Source: Callorhinchus milii
Lineage: Eukaryota
Length of the DNA: 64,000 nt
Direction: 5' to 3'
NCBI RefSeq assembly: GCF_018977255.1
Contig: NW_024704742.1
Location: 112,160,001-112,224,000, forward strand
Shown here: positions 49,746 to 63,454 of the stretch, one piece after another
Layout of the letters: each line of letters starts with the position of its first letter
Position numbering within the stretch: the stretch's first letter is position 1
Notes under the pieces: model-generated
Databases searched by the model: none
Seen by the model: only the letters and a program-made list of their open reading frames with translations
Told to the model about the DNA's origin: nothing
Position numbers and translations under genes: made by a program

Positions 49746-50072
49746 TGCTCCTTGTGTCCCGTGTTCAGAGGTTGCTCTTCCTTTCCTCCTTCCTCTCTTT
49801 CCTCCTCTCCGGTGGACACAGTTAAAAGCTGTAACAGCCTCTGGGTTGCCTTTAAATCAGACAAACAGCTACTTTTATTTCCATAACTTTTTATTAATTA
49901 TTTGCTTCTTATTGTAAATGACGAATGATGAAATGTGGTGTGATCAGCCTCAATGCAGGGAGTCTTGGTAGATTGAGGAGTTGGGCTAATTGGTGATATT
50001 TATGCTCAGCACCCACAACTGGTGGAGCTATAGTACAAACACTAGGGATGTGTGCCTGAGCTGTGGGTAGAA

Positions 50073-52802
50073 TAGCCCTTCTCTTTCTCCTCGACCCCAT
50101 CACCACTTCCCTCTGCTCCAGCCTGGGCATCCTTCGCCAGACCCATCGTGGTTCCCGGCACTGGCTGTCCCAGAGCAGCAACCCCACGTGTCCAGTCATT
50201 CACTCCCTCCGCTTAAACCGCCTCCTTAAGGCAAAACCAACTTCCCCCTCCCTCATACGTACCCTCCCAAACTCTCCACTCACACCACTCTACACAACCA
50301 TCTCTCCTGTACACCTGAAAATCCTCTCCGCATCACTCTCTCCTCCCTCCCCTCCCTCCAGCAAACCCACCTGCATTTCCCTCCAAAACGTCCATTCCCT
50401 CTCAAATAAAGCCCTCACCATTCACGACCTCATCCTGGACGAGCACCTTGACATTCTTGGGCTCACCGAAACCTGGCTCTCACCAAATGACCCCGTCCCC
50501 CTAGTGGAAGCCTCCCCTCCAGGTTACACCTTCCACCACATCCCCCGTCCAAACCAGCATGGCAGCAGGGTGGCCTTCATTTCCAAAGCCTCCCTTGGTC
50601 TTACCCCCTACTCTTCTGGCTGCTTCCCTCCTTCGAGCACCTCACCTTCTTCCACCCCTCTCTCCCATTGAAAATCCTCCTTGTCTACTGCCCCCCTAAG
50701 CCCCCCGGCTCCTTCCACAGACATCTCTATTCTCCTCCCCTGTCCCTCTGCTCCGAACGCCTGCTCATAATGGGGGATTTCAACCTCCACCTAAACTCCC
50801 CTTACACTACTTCTGCTGACTTTACTGCCCTCCTCTCCCTAAACTTCACCCTTCATATAAATTCACCGACCCACAACCGTGGTCATGCCCTCAACCTTGT
50901 CATCACCCATGGCCTTGACATTTCCGACCTCAGCATAGTGGACAAGGCCATCTCGGACCACTTCCTCATCTCCTTCTCCTCTCACATCCCTCTCTCCTCC
51001 ACCAAGCCCTCAATCATCCTCTACCGCCCTTGGAAAAAGCTACCCACTGAGACCCTCACAAAGGCGCTCGCATCATCAAACATCCTAACCCTCTGGCTTT
51101 CCATCCGTGGAGACCCTGAAGCACCCGTCCAGGATATCCAGGACCGTCTCCAATCCCACCCGATCCCCCTGGTACAACAACCATCTCCGCCGCCTAAAAA
51201 TCCAAACCCGTCTGCTTGAGTGCAGATGGCGGAAAACTGGCCTGACAGTTCACCACCGACTATGCCTCGAGCATCTCCACAGCTACCGCCATTCTTTGAC
51301 GCGTGCAAAAACTGCCTCCTACTCCCAACATCATCTTGGAGGCAAAAAACAATCTCAAAGTCCTTTTTTCCACCACCCACTACCTCCTCTGTGCCCCACC
51401 TCAGGCCTCCTCAATCGTCACATCAAATGCCAAGTGCGAGGAGGTCATGGACTTCTTTTCATCTAAAATTCATAACATCCGCCAGGCAGCCTCATCCACC
51501 TGCCTCTTGTCATCCACCACCACGCCCTCTCTTTCCCCCACACCCTCCCCATCATCTGCTCCTACCACCACCCCCATCCTACATTCCTTCCTCCCCATCT
51601 CTCCCTCCTCCCTCTCACCCACCATCACCTCCATGAAACCACCTGCTGCCTCGACCTCCTCCCCACCAACTTACTGGTCACCCAGTTCCCCCTCCTCTGC
51701 CCACTACTGGCTGACTGCATCAACCAGTCCCTCTCCTCCGGATCAGTCCCTGCACCCCTCAAAACTGCTGTCATCACCCCACTCCTCAAAAACCTTCCCT
51801 AGATCCCTCAAACTCCAGCCACTACCGCCATATTTCTAACCTGCCCTTCCTCGCAAAAGTCCTAGAACGCGTTGTTGCCAATCAACTTCGCGCACACCTC
51901 TCCTCCCACTCCCTATTCGAACCCCTCCAGTCCGGTTTCCGCTCTGCCCACAGTACAGAGACTGCGCTTGTGAAAGTCACAGACGACATCCTCTCTATCT
52001 GTGACCAGGGCCCCCTCTGCCTCCTTGTCCTCCTGGACCTCTCTGCTGCGTTCGATATAGTCGATCATGCCATCCCCCTCCACCGCCTTTCCTCCGTCAT
52101 CCACCTCAGGGGGACCGCACTCGCCTGGTTCGAGTCCTAACTCACAAACCGCCAACAGTACATCTGCACAAATGGCTTCACCTCCTGCTCTCACCCGGTT
52201 AAATATGGGGATCCATCCTTGGCCCCCTCCTCTTTTTGATCTACATGCTCCGTCTTGGGGATGTCCATCCGCAGACATGGGGTACACTTCCACATGTACG
52301 TGGATGACACCCAACTCTATTTTTCCACCTCTCTTTGCAACCCCCAGTCCACTGATATTCTGTCAGCCTACCTGTCAGATCTCAGGGGCTGGATGAGCGC
52401 AAATTTCCTTCAGCTGAACGTTGACAAGACGGAAGCCATACTCTTTGGCTCTCGTCAACATCTAAAATCTCACGGCCCTCACCTCCTCCACCTACCTGAC
52501 CTCCCCCTAAAGCTCTCCAAACCCATATGCAACCTGAGCGTGAGGTTCAAGCCCCAATTATCCTTCCTCCCCCATATCCGGTCCCTCACCAGCACTGCCT
52601 TCTTCCACCTCTGACGCATCGCCCATCTCCCCCAATACCTCTCTCCGAAAGCTGCTGAAATCCTGGTCCATGCCTTTGTCACCTCTCGGCTGGACTATTC
52701 TAACGTCCTCCTCCTGGCTCGGCCCTGGGATCCTTTACTGTGAAGCGCTCTGAGACGCCGTTCGCCGTGGAGGGCGCTATATAAATCCAAGTTGTTGTTG
52801 TT
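50073..52802 (+). mobile_element. L2 subfamily B, near-complete but disabled ORF2
   Basis: APE endonuclease start (LQNVHSL...DILGLTETWL, GDFNLH, SDHFLI), RT motif YVDDTQLY; ~430-bp deletion near 52715 relative to the 38868 copy; TSD gtagaa at 50067-50072 and 52803-52808. Confidence 0.95.
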
Positions 52803-53029
52803 GTAGAAAGATGGTGGCATTGTTCTCATGCATTTTATGCTGCGCTGTGTTGCCCACTAGGAAGCTCGTAGGGAGTTCCCGGTACCTGCTATCCACCTAG
52901 TAAGGGCTCAAACCTGTGCTTGTTGGATGTCTAAAATGCTGTACATTGTCCAGCACTTTGGGACTTCCTCCCAACGTGAAAGGCGCTATACAAATGTAAT
53001 CTTGTTGTTGGCATGAGAAACTAGTGACT

Positions 53030-55800
53030 ATCCTCCTTGTGTGAGGATAGACACTAGTTGCTCCTTGGAGTTAAACTGGCTCCAATGTTTGGCAACGGAA
53101 TTTTGGATTTGAGCCAACCCTCTGTCGGTCGTGGTTGTCCAGTTCCTAAACCAGCCCGGTCCGCAGCATTCCAGGGGACTGTTGATGACAGCACCACCAT
53201 TCTGGCTCATCGGCAGGACCTGGTGTGACAGACTGATAAGTGGGAGCAGGGATACGTTGCACTCAGCTCTTGTCACTGAAAAGCCAGGTGCGGGCTGCTG
53301 AACGCACCTGTGTCAAATCTGGCCTAACGGTCCACCGACAAATCTGGCTGGACCTCCTCAAAATTTACCACTCCACTCCAGCCTCGGCCAAATCGTCCTT
53401 CTACTCCAGGATAATCCTGGAGGCGAAGAACAACCCCAGGCTACTGTTTTCCACCACAACCCGACTCCTCCGTCCCCCCCGCCACCCCGCGCAGGTCATC
53501 TCCTCCAACCTTCACTGCGAGGAGATGCTGGATTTCCTTGAATCCAAGATCAAGGGAATCCGCTCCGCGGTCACTTCCCCTCCAACTTCCACCCACCCCC
53601 CACCCCTTCCCTCCCACACTCCGACTCCTACCCATCCTCCCCTACACACCTTCGTACCCGTTTCCCCACCCTCTGTCACTGAACTCATCCTATCCCTAAA
53701 ACCAACCACCTGCTCCCTTGACCCCATCCCCACTCCACTCCTTATCTCCCAGCTCCACTTTCTTGCCCCACATATCACTGACATCATCAACCTGTCCCTC
53801 TCCTCTGGCTCTGTCCCCATTCCATTAAAAACTGCCACCATCACGCCCACCCTGAAAAAACCCTCCCTTGATGCGTCGCAGCTATCAAGCTACCGGCCCA
53901 TCTCCAACCTCCCCTTTCTCTCCAAGGTCTTGGAAAGAGTTGTCGCCTCCCAACTGCGCTCTTTCCTTTCCACCCATTCTCTTTTTGAACCCCTTCAGTC
54001 AGGTTTCCGTGCTGCTCATAGCACAGAAACTGCCCTGGTCAAGGTCACCAATGATATCCTGACCATCTGTGACCAGGGCTCCCTCTGTCTCCTCGTCCTC
54101 CTCGACCTATCGGCAGCATTCGATACGGTCGACCACGCTATCCTACTCCACCGCTTGTCCTCCCACCTCAACCTTCAAGGCACTGTCCTTGAATGGTTTA
54201 GGTCGTACCTTTCTCACCGTCTTCACTTTGTCTCGACGAATGGCTTCTCCTCCACCCCCCGTACTGTCTCATGTGGTGTCCCTCAGGGCTCTGTCCTCGG
54301 TCCCCTCCTCTTCACCCTCTATATGCTCCCCCTCGGTGACATCATCCGCAGACATGGAGTTAACTTCCACATGTATGCGGATGACACCCAACTCTACCTT
54401 TCCTCCTCTACTCTCAACTCCACGACCACCGATGTCCTGACAGCCTGCCTGTCCGACATCGAGTCCTGGACGAGAGACAACTTTCTTCAGCTCAACGTGC
54501 GAAAAACCGAGGCCCTCCTGATTGGCTCACGTCAGCGCCTCCGCACCTCAGGCGCTGACACCATCAGCATCCAAGGCTGCACTCTCCACCTCTCAAAGCC
54601 AATCAGGAACCTCGGCGTTTTGTTCGACCCTGAGCTGTCCTTTCTCCCTCACATCCGCACCACAACTGGCACCGCCTTCCATCACCTCCGGAACATCGCC
54701 AGACTACGGCACTACCTCACCCCTCACGCTGCTGAAACTCTGGTCCACGCCTTTATCACCTCAAGGCTGGACTATGGGAACTCTCTCCTCGCCGGCCTTC
54801 CCGCCACCTCCCTCCACAAGCTGCAGGTCATTCAGAACTCTGCAGCTCGTGTACTGTCCCGCACCAGGCTTCGGGACCACATCACTCCCACCCTCGCTCG
54901 CCTCCACTGGCTCCCCATCCCCCAGAGGATTGATTTCAAGATCCTCATCCTCACCTACAAGGCCATTCACGGCCTTGCTCCCTCCTACCTCTCCAACCTA
55001 CTATCCCCCTACCTACCTGCCCGTACCCTCCGTTCCTCTGGCTCTGGTCTGCTCCACGTCCCCCGCCCCAACCGCCCTACCATCGGTGGTCGGGCCTTCA
55101 GCCTCTCAGCCCCTAGGCTCTGGAACTCCATCCCCCAGTGCCTTCGCCTTGCTTCCTCCCTTTCCTCCTTCAAGGCCGGTCTCAAGACCTTTCTCTTTGA
55201 CCGTGCCTTCAGCTCCCCTCTCGACTCTCTTCCCCCTCCTCGCTCCCTCCCTTCCCTCCCCTCACCCTGACCATTTCCCCCTCCTCGCTCCCTCCCTTCC
55301 CTCCCCTCACCCTGACCATTCCCCCCTCCTCGCTCCCTCCCTTCCCTCCCCTCACCCTGACCATTTCCCCCTGCTCGGGTCATGACCCAACTGTGCAGCG
55401 CCTTGGGACGTCCTCCTGACGTGAAAGGCGCTTTATAAATGGAATGTTGTTGTTGTTGTTGTTGTTGTTAAGCCTGCAAGCCAAAGCCCTAGCTGGACAA
55501 GCAATGGGAAGTTTGCCAGACAGACAGTGGTTTTAGTGGTAAGCCAAGCAGTTTTAGATGGCTAAATGCCCATCAGTTCCCAATGGCTCCTTCAGGTCCC
55601 TGCAAGCTTTGCCTCTTGGCATCCTGTGCTTAGTACTCTGGAATTAGGTAAGCAGGGTATGTCTCTCCAGGGAGCAAGTGTGCATTCTCTTTGAGAATTA
55701 GGGAAATTTCCCTGTGTCGGTGGCATACCTATATGGAACTGTTTGGTTTGGAAACTGTTAAGCATAGTAATGGATTTCCACATGTGGCAGACTGGCTGAC
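53030..55800 (-). mobile_element. Unclassified old repeat, copy B (53030-53260 plus 55470-55800), split by L2
   Basis: Both flanks of the L2 align consecutively to 1960-2645. Confidence 0.7.
53261..55469 (+). mobile_element. Young L2 subfamily A, 5'-truncated, uninterrupted RT frame
   Basis: ~670 open codons with [37 protein letters not shown] and YADDTQLY; stop at 55268-55270; three 45-bp repeats, stem-loop and (GTT)n tail; no endonuclease domain. Confidence 0.97.
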
Positions 55801-55879
55801 CCCAATATAGGTGACATTTAATTTGGGATGCACAGTGGTGAAAGGGAGAGTAAATGGTGGGAGAACTTTGCTGAGGTGT

Positions 55880-56030
55880 GTAGCACTCAGTTGATGCGTA
55901 CTTGAGATGGAGAGAAATAGTAGAGGGGATTAGGAGGGGTAGAAGCTCGTGTATAGAGAATATGAGCACCAGTGCAGACTAGTTGGGCCGAATAGCCTGT
56001 TTCTGCATTCATCTGTGAAATTCTATATGC
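55880..56030 (+). mobile_element. Old CR1 3' UTR
   Basis: gttgggccgaatagcctgtttctg...attctatatg resembles the 7620-7667 CR1 end. Confidence 0.65.
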
Positions 56031-56437
56031 AAAATGTGAACAGACGGTTCAGATTTAATTACTTTTACATAGAGATTGATGAATATGTAGATTAGATTAA
56101 CTGGATAGATGGTGGAAAAAAATCATTTCAACAAATTCAAGAGCGAATTGGGTAATTGTGTGTAATTGGTGAAGAAATGAATTGAATATGAGAGAATAGT
56201 ATATGACTTTTTAAAATAAAGTTACATTGGACTCTGGGCTCTGTTCCCGCGACTGCTTTTGTCTTACTACGAGCATTGTCCCATTGTGGTGTATGTCTGA
56301 ATTGTGTTTTAAGATTTATAACAAACTGGAATAACATACATGCCAGGTGTTGCCACAAGGCTTAAGGTGTTGGTACTGATGTACGATAAGAAAAATAAAT
56401 TACACATAAGCCAATATATATTTATCCTCCTCCTCTT

Positions 56438-56680
56438 CAATAATAATAATCCTTACATTTGGTATAGCATCTATAATATCGCAAAGTAGTTCACAGGATA
56501 TACTGAAAAGTGGGGTGACTGTATATGTTTTGTGGGCTAACCCGGCAGCCAATTTGCACTCAGCAATGTCTTACAAACAGCTACAAAGTGAATGCCCAAT
56601 TTCATTTGGGGGATTGTTCGACAGGACACAAGGAGAAACAGATAGGGCCTCAGTTTAACGTCTCATCCGAAGGACAGCTG
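56438..56680 (-). mobile_element. Old DeuSINE-type SINE
   Basis: (AAT)n tail, body, and gggcctcagtttaacgtctcatccgaagga (reverse complement of the Deu domain). Confidence 0.75.
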
Positions 56681-59559
56681 ATGCAACATTGCAGCTTGAA
56701 GATGTTACAATACAATAACAGAATACAATTTACACTTGTAATGTGCCTTTCGTGTTGGGAGGATATCCCAGAACACTTGAGAATTCTAGCTGGACATCAA
56801 AACATGGATTCAGGCAAGGCTGATCCTGCCCTTGAACAATGTTCATTCCTAACTCCAAACTTTTCAGCTGGAAAGTGATCAGATCTAGAATACTGTTTTA
56901 TTTTCCTCCTTCGTTCAGGAACACTGAGGTTCCAGACTTGCCCTTTTTGAATTATACATTTATTGTTTCCACAACAATAGAACAATCTGTTTGCATCTCA
57001 GTATAATTTAAAAATTTTCTCCAAAATGGAGAATTTCATTCCTGTTTTGGCTCTATGTTCATTCTTCCTGGGTAGTAGTTGGGGGTGGGGAGAAAGAAGT
57101 GGCTGTGTAGGATAGAAACTGAGCATGAGAAACCCTACCACTAATGATAGATCTAGAATTACCAGTGTTCACTGAATGGTTCAGAATTGAATGAAATGCT
57201 ACTTGCTGTTAAATAACTTATGAATATTCATTATCAAGATTTGCCCATAAATAATGTCCGCTTGGGTAAGCTACTGGTGGTAGAACAATAGCTTTTTAAC
57301 TGAAGTATATCTCAATAGAAAAAAACGAAGGGATCAAACTCAATCAGGAGATGAGGAGGGGAACCTTGGAGGAGAAATATTGGTGAAAAACAGCAGGATT
57401 ATTATTATTATAATCTGAAGAACATTACTTTCATTGTAAAATCAGAAGAATTTGATTCTTTAGCTTTCCTGTACTACTTTGAGGAGAGTTATGCAAAAAT
57501 ATGTCACAAATGAAAGTGAGTTATGTCACATGGTTTACTTCACTATTAGTCTCTGATTTGTATTCCATTTGATATGACATAAGCTGTTTTCTTTTGCATA
57601 GGGTGGTCTTTTTTAAGTGAGGATCGTGCATGATCATGTCAGTAGTTTTGCTTGGTTGACAATTGTGTGTATTATCACATGATGTTAATGCATTGCACAA
57701 ATTCTTGTTTGTGACAAATTTATCCAAGTATGTTGATTTAGCTAATCGATGGTTCCTGTACTGTAGACTTGAAGCTGAGCAGAGTAATTGAGTTGATGTT
57801 GTTGATTCTTGAACAGTCCAGGCAGATCATTGTTCTTTAATTACATTTCCTGCAATATTTTGAGCCAGTGCCTTATTTTAGTTCATTTTACACATTTCAA
57901 AAATTACTGCCTGAGATCAAACAGCAGCCGAGAGCTCCCCATGGTTACTGACACCCATCACCTTTATGGGATCCATGATGCATTCTCAGTGAAGTATAAA
58001 TGTATAGCATTGAGTCAGTTGTCATTGTGTATTTTCAAAAGGAAAGTTCAGGGGAGTATTTGCTGTTCAAAGTACTCCTTCTAGACATTGAGAAAAAGAA
58101 TGTTGTTATAAAATTGTTTATTACGAGAAATCCTTACTGTAAGTATAAGTTTGTGGCAGTAAGTTCCTCTGGATCTATGGGGAGTGCCCTGAAACGGAAA
58201 GTATTCCTGCTCTTCCCTATCACTCCTTCACCCTCAGACTTTTCAAACGGTGATTCGCTGGAGCACTATAGGACTATAGTTGCCAGTTCTGATCCTAGCC
58301 ATTGGGTTGGAGGTTGGGGGAGAGCGATTGGTGTGCATCTTGAGAGAAGGCTAACTCTGACCTTGGAGAGAGTGAAAATCAAAGGTCACTTTCCCTTAGA
58401 TTAAAAAAAAGGTAATTATTTTAAGTTTGTTACCATATTATATTGAAAATACTAAAGGCCAGACTCATTTTACTTAAATGTAAAATGGAGGCTGCTCTAT
58501 GTGATTGCCTTTCAGTCTCTCGATTAGATTTTTCCCAACTCATTGCCACAAATATGAGGGAATTCGACTGCTACAGTTTCCTGTGAATAAATCTATTATT
58601 ATAGTCTGTCTTGTGCATTCACTTTGGTCGGATTGTATGTGTAACAAAAGTTTTGTGTAGACATATTAAGCATTGTTGCACTTCACAATTCTAGAGGGAG
58701 TACTTGTGTTCAATTGGAATTGGGATCAATGCCAGTCTAACATATGGTGCTGTCCAAATGTGCCAGTAACCATTGTGTGTCCCGATGTAAGTCTATGATT
58801 TCTATTTATGTTTATGTATTTGCACACAGGCACTCCCCAGGTCAACTTGGGATATGGCTATTATTCTGGTTGCACATACACCCACTTCAAATTTTGCATA
58901 CTCACAGCTATGCAGGTAGTGCATTCATAGGGCAGTTGGTGACAACAATCCCAATTTTAGAGGGAGACAGAGTGGCCACTATAACCACCTGCCAAATAAG
59001 ATATATTGTAGTTGGTGTGAGCAGTTGGATTCATGCTGGCATAAGTGGAAAAGTACTGCAGTTGTTTGTGACGGATGTTTCTGTAGCTAAGGTGGATTGT
59101 ACAGTTGCAGAATTTACACCTTTGCTAACGATCAACTCTACTCCACACTGAATCTGAAGGCCATAAGCTTAAGAGATTACTTGGTTTCAATAGATTTTTC
59201 CACATTCAAAATCTTTATATTAAAAAAAGCTTTAATATAGATCCACACAGTAAGCTATTGGCTAATCAGCAGTTACTAATGATTTTAATAATGATACTAA
59301 CTTTGTTTCTGAGACAGGTCTTTAGAACATATTTTTATTAACCTCATTCATGTATTGAACATACCTCACTACTGTGTAAAATTTGTAACACAGTTTAAGT
59401 AAATTAAGCTGGAGGTGTGTGTACATCTGTGTGTGTATATATTGTAAAATGTGTTTTCTGCAGAAGGAAAAAAATACTGGATAATACAGCATATGCCTTC
59501 TAGAAGCAATAGTGTAAAAGTTTGTTGCCCAACTTTCAGTCACTCTGTGTCCAGAACTC

Positions 59560-59775
59560 CACCCTAGTCTCTCACAATCTTGCCTTGCCCCCTCTTTTCC
59601 TGCCTTCAAAATCTGCCTGAAGATGCATCTCTTCAACTGTGATTTTGATCACGTTTCCCCTCAGCCCCCCCACCCCCCCCTTCACCATACCCCCAGCTCA
59701 GGCTTTATCAGTTGTGTTAAGCGCTTTGAAATCTCTTCTCGATGTGAAAGGCGATATAAATGTAAATTGTTTTGT
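59560..59775 (+). mobile_element. Old L2 3' end
   Basis: ccttcaaaatctgcctgaaga...gtgaaaggcgatataaatgtaaattgtt. Confidence 0.65.
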
Positions 59776-59865
59776 ACACAAGATCGAGAGAGGGGATCTA
59801 GATAAATCTACTTTTCACTAAATCATTTTTATATTATAGGGGAAAAAACGTATTGGCATATCAAT

Positions 59866-60200
59866 TAATAATAATAATAATAATAATAATAATCCTTGCA
59901 TTTGATATAGCGCTTTTCACGTCAGGAGGACGTCCCAAAGCGCTTCACAGAACACACTGTAAAGTGAATTAACTGTATATTTGTGGGCGAACGCGGCAGC
60001 CAATTGCGCACAGCAATGTCCCACAAACAGTCGTAGGTTGAAAAATGACCAATTTAATTATTGTTTTGGGTTTTTTGGAGGGATTATTATTAGGCGTGTG
60101 GAGTAAGGAAACTTGCCCAAGGTTTCGCCCTGCCTGGAATTGAACTCAGGTCTCTCGCTTGCAAAGCGAGTGCTCTAACCACTGAGCTACAGGACTCCAC
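59866..60200 (-). mobile_element. Young tRNA-SINE, full length
   Basis: Reverse complement near-identical to the 43872 and 46939 copies. Confidence 0.95.
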
Positions 60201-60565
60201 GTTATGGAATGTTATGGAATCTATTTCAGTATTAAAACTTAAGTGTTCAGTATGTGTTTCAATTTAGGCACAAACTTTATTTGGCTTTATTTGTCATCAA
60301 CAACAACAATGTTACATTTATATAGCGCCTGTCATGTAGGGAGGTATCTGAACTCAAAGTGCTCCACAGAGCTGACTGGAGCCCAGGCGGGGTTTAGAGG
60401 TAAGGGTACTTTCACAATTGATAACTGGCTTTGATTGAAAGTGTCCAGATATTGGGGGGAAATGGAGTAAAATATTACAGGTTTGATCATTTTTAGTGTT
60501 CAGATTGCTCTATTTCAGAGAAGGTAAGTTTGTGATTATTTGCCTCTTAAAGTGTGGTTTGTTAA

Positions 60566-60766
<201 letters not shown>

Positions 60767-62595
60767 TGAATTTTTGGGGAACAATTATTATTTATGCCAC
60801 ACTTTGTTTTTCTAATTTAAGACAAAAGGTGCACGTCTCTAAATGTAAAGGTGTTTGCTAAATCAATGTGTTTTCTCTAAAAAAAACGTTACAAGATACC
60901 TTTTTATGTGTTATTCAGTCAATGTTTATTGGACTAATGTACATCATTCCTTAGTCCAGGGAGCGCACTCCCTTTGGAGGCCAATAATTTGAGTATTGTT
61001 TAGACCCTGAGAGCTTACTTTCTTAGCCCATATTAATGTACACTGGAAAGAACAAGGTGACGGTTCATTTACTCCAACCCTATATTGTATTTTTCACTCT
61101 TAAACTTGTATTTTCAGGGACGCATATGGTTTGATTAATTTGATGGGCTTCCATGGCGTCATGTTGGATGATATGTTGGAGGTAGTTTGGTGTATTGTGT
61201 TTTTCTCTCTGTCTATGGGAGCAACTATTTTTGCAATATTTTTCCTCGGTGTCTGTAGGAAGTAGGACATTAAATTAAGAATGCTTTTTCTTCCCCTCCA
61301 CCTTTCCAGTTCCATGAATCACTTGAAAATATTATATGGAAAGTTAAAGGGCAGCACCGAAAATACTGAATGCATCGTTTTACCTGCTTGCGGTGATATA
61401 ACTTCAAAACCCCCTTTTGTGTCCTACTTCAAAGCTACTTTACTTGACATAGTTGGATATGTGTAACTATTTTGATATTTTTGATCTCTGTCATTTCTTT
61501 CATGTTCAAGGCTGTTTACAGTAGAACTATGAGAGCAGCAGTTATTGTGATACTGCTACAGCAGCAGAAACAAATGTGTATGTATTCGAATTGGTAAAGT
61601 GATCAGGACTATAAAAACATTTGTTGGATTTTCTTGCTGGTTTGCTTGATTTGAAGGCTTTGGCTTGTATGCCCCTAAACCCGTAGCTTTACTATTTCAA
61701 AGAATCTGTTCTGTCTTGGCATTGCTATCTTTGCTATATTCTAGCCCTTCTTTCCTCCCTATGCTAGGCTTTGGATTCATGGCTGATTCTTTTAAATTCC
61801 ATTCAATCCTGTTTCACATCTTTGATTATGCCACAACCAATGCGGCAGTCTGCAAATCAATTCATAAATTAGGAGCTAAATGACAGTAAGATAGAAGGAA
61901 AGAAGTGAGAAAATTGAGAAAGAAAATGGAATTGTTAAATAAGACAGGTGAGTGTTCCTCAATGAGTAAGTAATGAGTAATGATATCATCAGGATTATTG
62001 GCTTTATATAAGTTCAAAGATTAGACATGCTAGTGAATATGCTGTGGATAAACCTTGATGCTCAATATGGTGTTAGAACAGAATTGAGCAATGGGGCAGG
62101 TTTTTTATCAAGATCATTAAGGCTGGAATTTAAAGAGAAATATAAGTGAGATAGAGTGGATTTAATTTGAGGAGAGATAGTGACACACCAATCGAACATG
62201 ATGGAGTTAGAAAGACAGATTCACTGATTTTCGGGGTTCTGCTTTGAAAAAGTGCAAGAAGAAATGGTCACTAGAGGACAGCAATTGCTGCTCCTTTTCA
62301 ATAGTTCTGCTTGCTATTTCGAATAGTGGACTTTAAAAAGGTATCAGCAGCAATCACGGCTGCTTTAGACTGATCAAAATGCAAGGTGTGGTTGGCAGAA
62401 TTGTTGTGAGATTAATACTGGGCTATTGTTCTTTTGCTTTCTTTAGGAAAAATGTTTCAATGTTTGATATATTGTTTTTGATATTGTGTTCTATTTATAT
62501 ATCGTTGTTTTTATTGGTCCTGGATTGGGTAATGATTTCTTCTGTACATACTGGTTCTGTTAGGAATTATGGCTATGTTTGCCAATGCTGAATTA

Positions 62596-63319
62596 GGAGT
62601 TTAGTTTTTCTTAGTCTTTTCAGACTAATGTCACCTTGTTGGTCCTTGGGGCTGCTGCGGTTATTCCAAATTTGAATTAGTCACTGTTTGTCTTCCTGAT
62701 TTCTTATCCCTATCTTTCATTAGGTGAACAGAAAATAAACTAAGCAATCCTAATTTGAAACACCCACAACAGCCCCAAGGACTAACAAGGTGACAACCAT
62801 TAATGTTGGTCTGAAGAGGCCTGTATTGAAGAAAGGAATAACACAGAAACCCAATCAAGAACAATCAATGCCTAATTCAGAGAATGTATTCTTGCTCAAG
62901 GCAAATGCATTGATTTTTAGCATGTCCTGCTTGTGGAAGATCAGTAAGGTCACCTCACTTTAAGTCCATTTGTGTGATTGTTTCGTACTTATGAGAAGGT
63001 CTTTATCATCACTTTATTCAGGATTGCTGAATGTTGGTTGTGGGGTTCAATTTTGTTGGTATTTAAGCCCAAAATTCCAGATCTCATACTTCTCTTTCTG
63101 ACTTCCGTTGCATTGTGCATCTTAACTGAGTTGGGTAAATCTCCTATTGATGGTTGATAGTCTGGAGGTGCTTAGCAGAAAACTTGAGTTTAGCCTGCTG
63201 ATATACCAGACATGTTTGTAATTGGGACAGACAGTGACTAATTCAAATTTGGAATACTCAAAGCAGTTCCAAGGACCAACAAGGTGACCTTAGTCTGAAA
63301 AGATTGAAAAAAAAGTACC
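62596..63319. mobile_element. Fold-back / MITE-like element with ~100-bp terminal inverted arms
   Basis: 62610-62695 matches the reverse complement of 63225-63310 (tcttttcagactaa-gtcaccttgttggtccttgg...tattccaaatttgaattagtcactgt); TA on both outer sides; third partial arm at 62745-62820. Confidence 0.75.
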
Positions 63320-63454
63320 TAATCGAATACTGATGACCATTGTCATACCTCCTAACCAAACCTGTTCCCAAGAAACTATGTGGCTTTTACCCTATAATAT
63401 AGTTTTGGGAAGGAAGCATTGGTCATAATAGCAATGTTTAGTGGAAGAAGATAT

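Noticed and set aside
49769..49825. Alternative exon 2 encoding a signal-peptide-like MRLLFLSSFLSFLLSGGHS
   Set aside because: Low-complexity pyrimidine tract, early stop and no downstream donor
47997..49919. 11-bp direct repeat ttattgtaaat flanking the CpG island, suggesting an inserted segment
   Set aside because: AT-rich and overlapping a SINE (ATT)n tail; the enclosed ATG exon splices correctly to TMEM161B exon 2, so this is most simply the native promoter
53028..53276. Protein-like 82-aa ORF or captured mRNA at the L2 5' junction
   Set aside because: The segment is half of the old repeat homologous to 2440-2645
53240..55270. 676-aa ORF as a host or domesticated gene
   Set aside because: 5'-truncated L2 ORF2; the start is a non-ATG codon in flanking repeat DNA and the endonuclease is missing
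61880..61955. Purine-rich segment ending CAG|GTGAGT as TMEM161B exon 3
   Set aside because: Does not encode the expected LRWYQHP..EEL sequence and lacks a convincing acceptor
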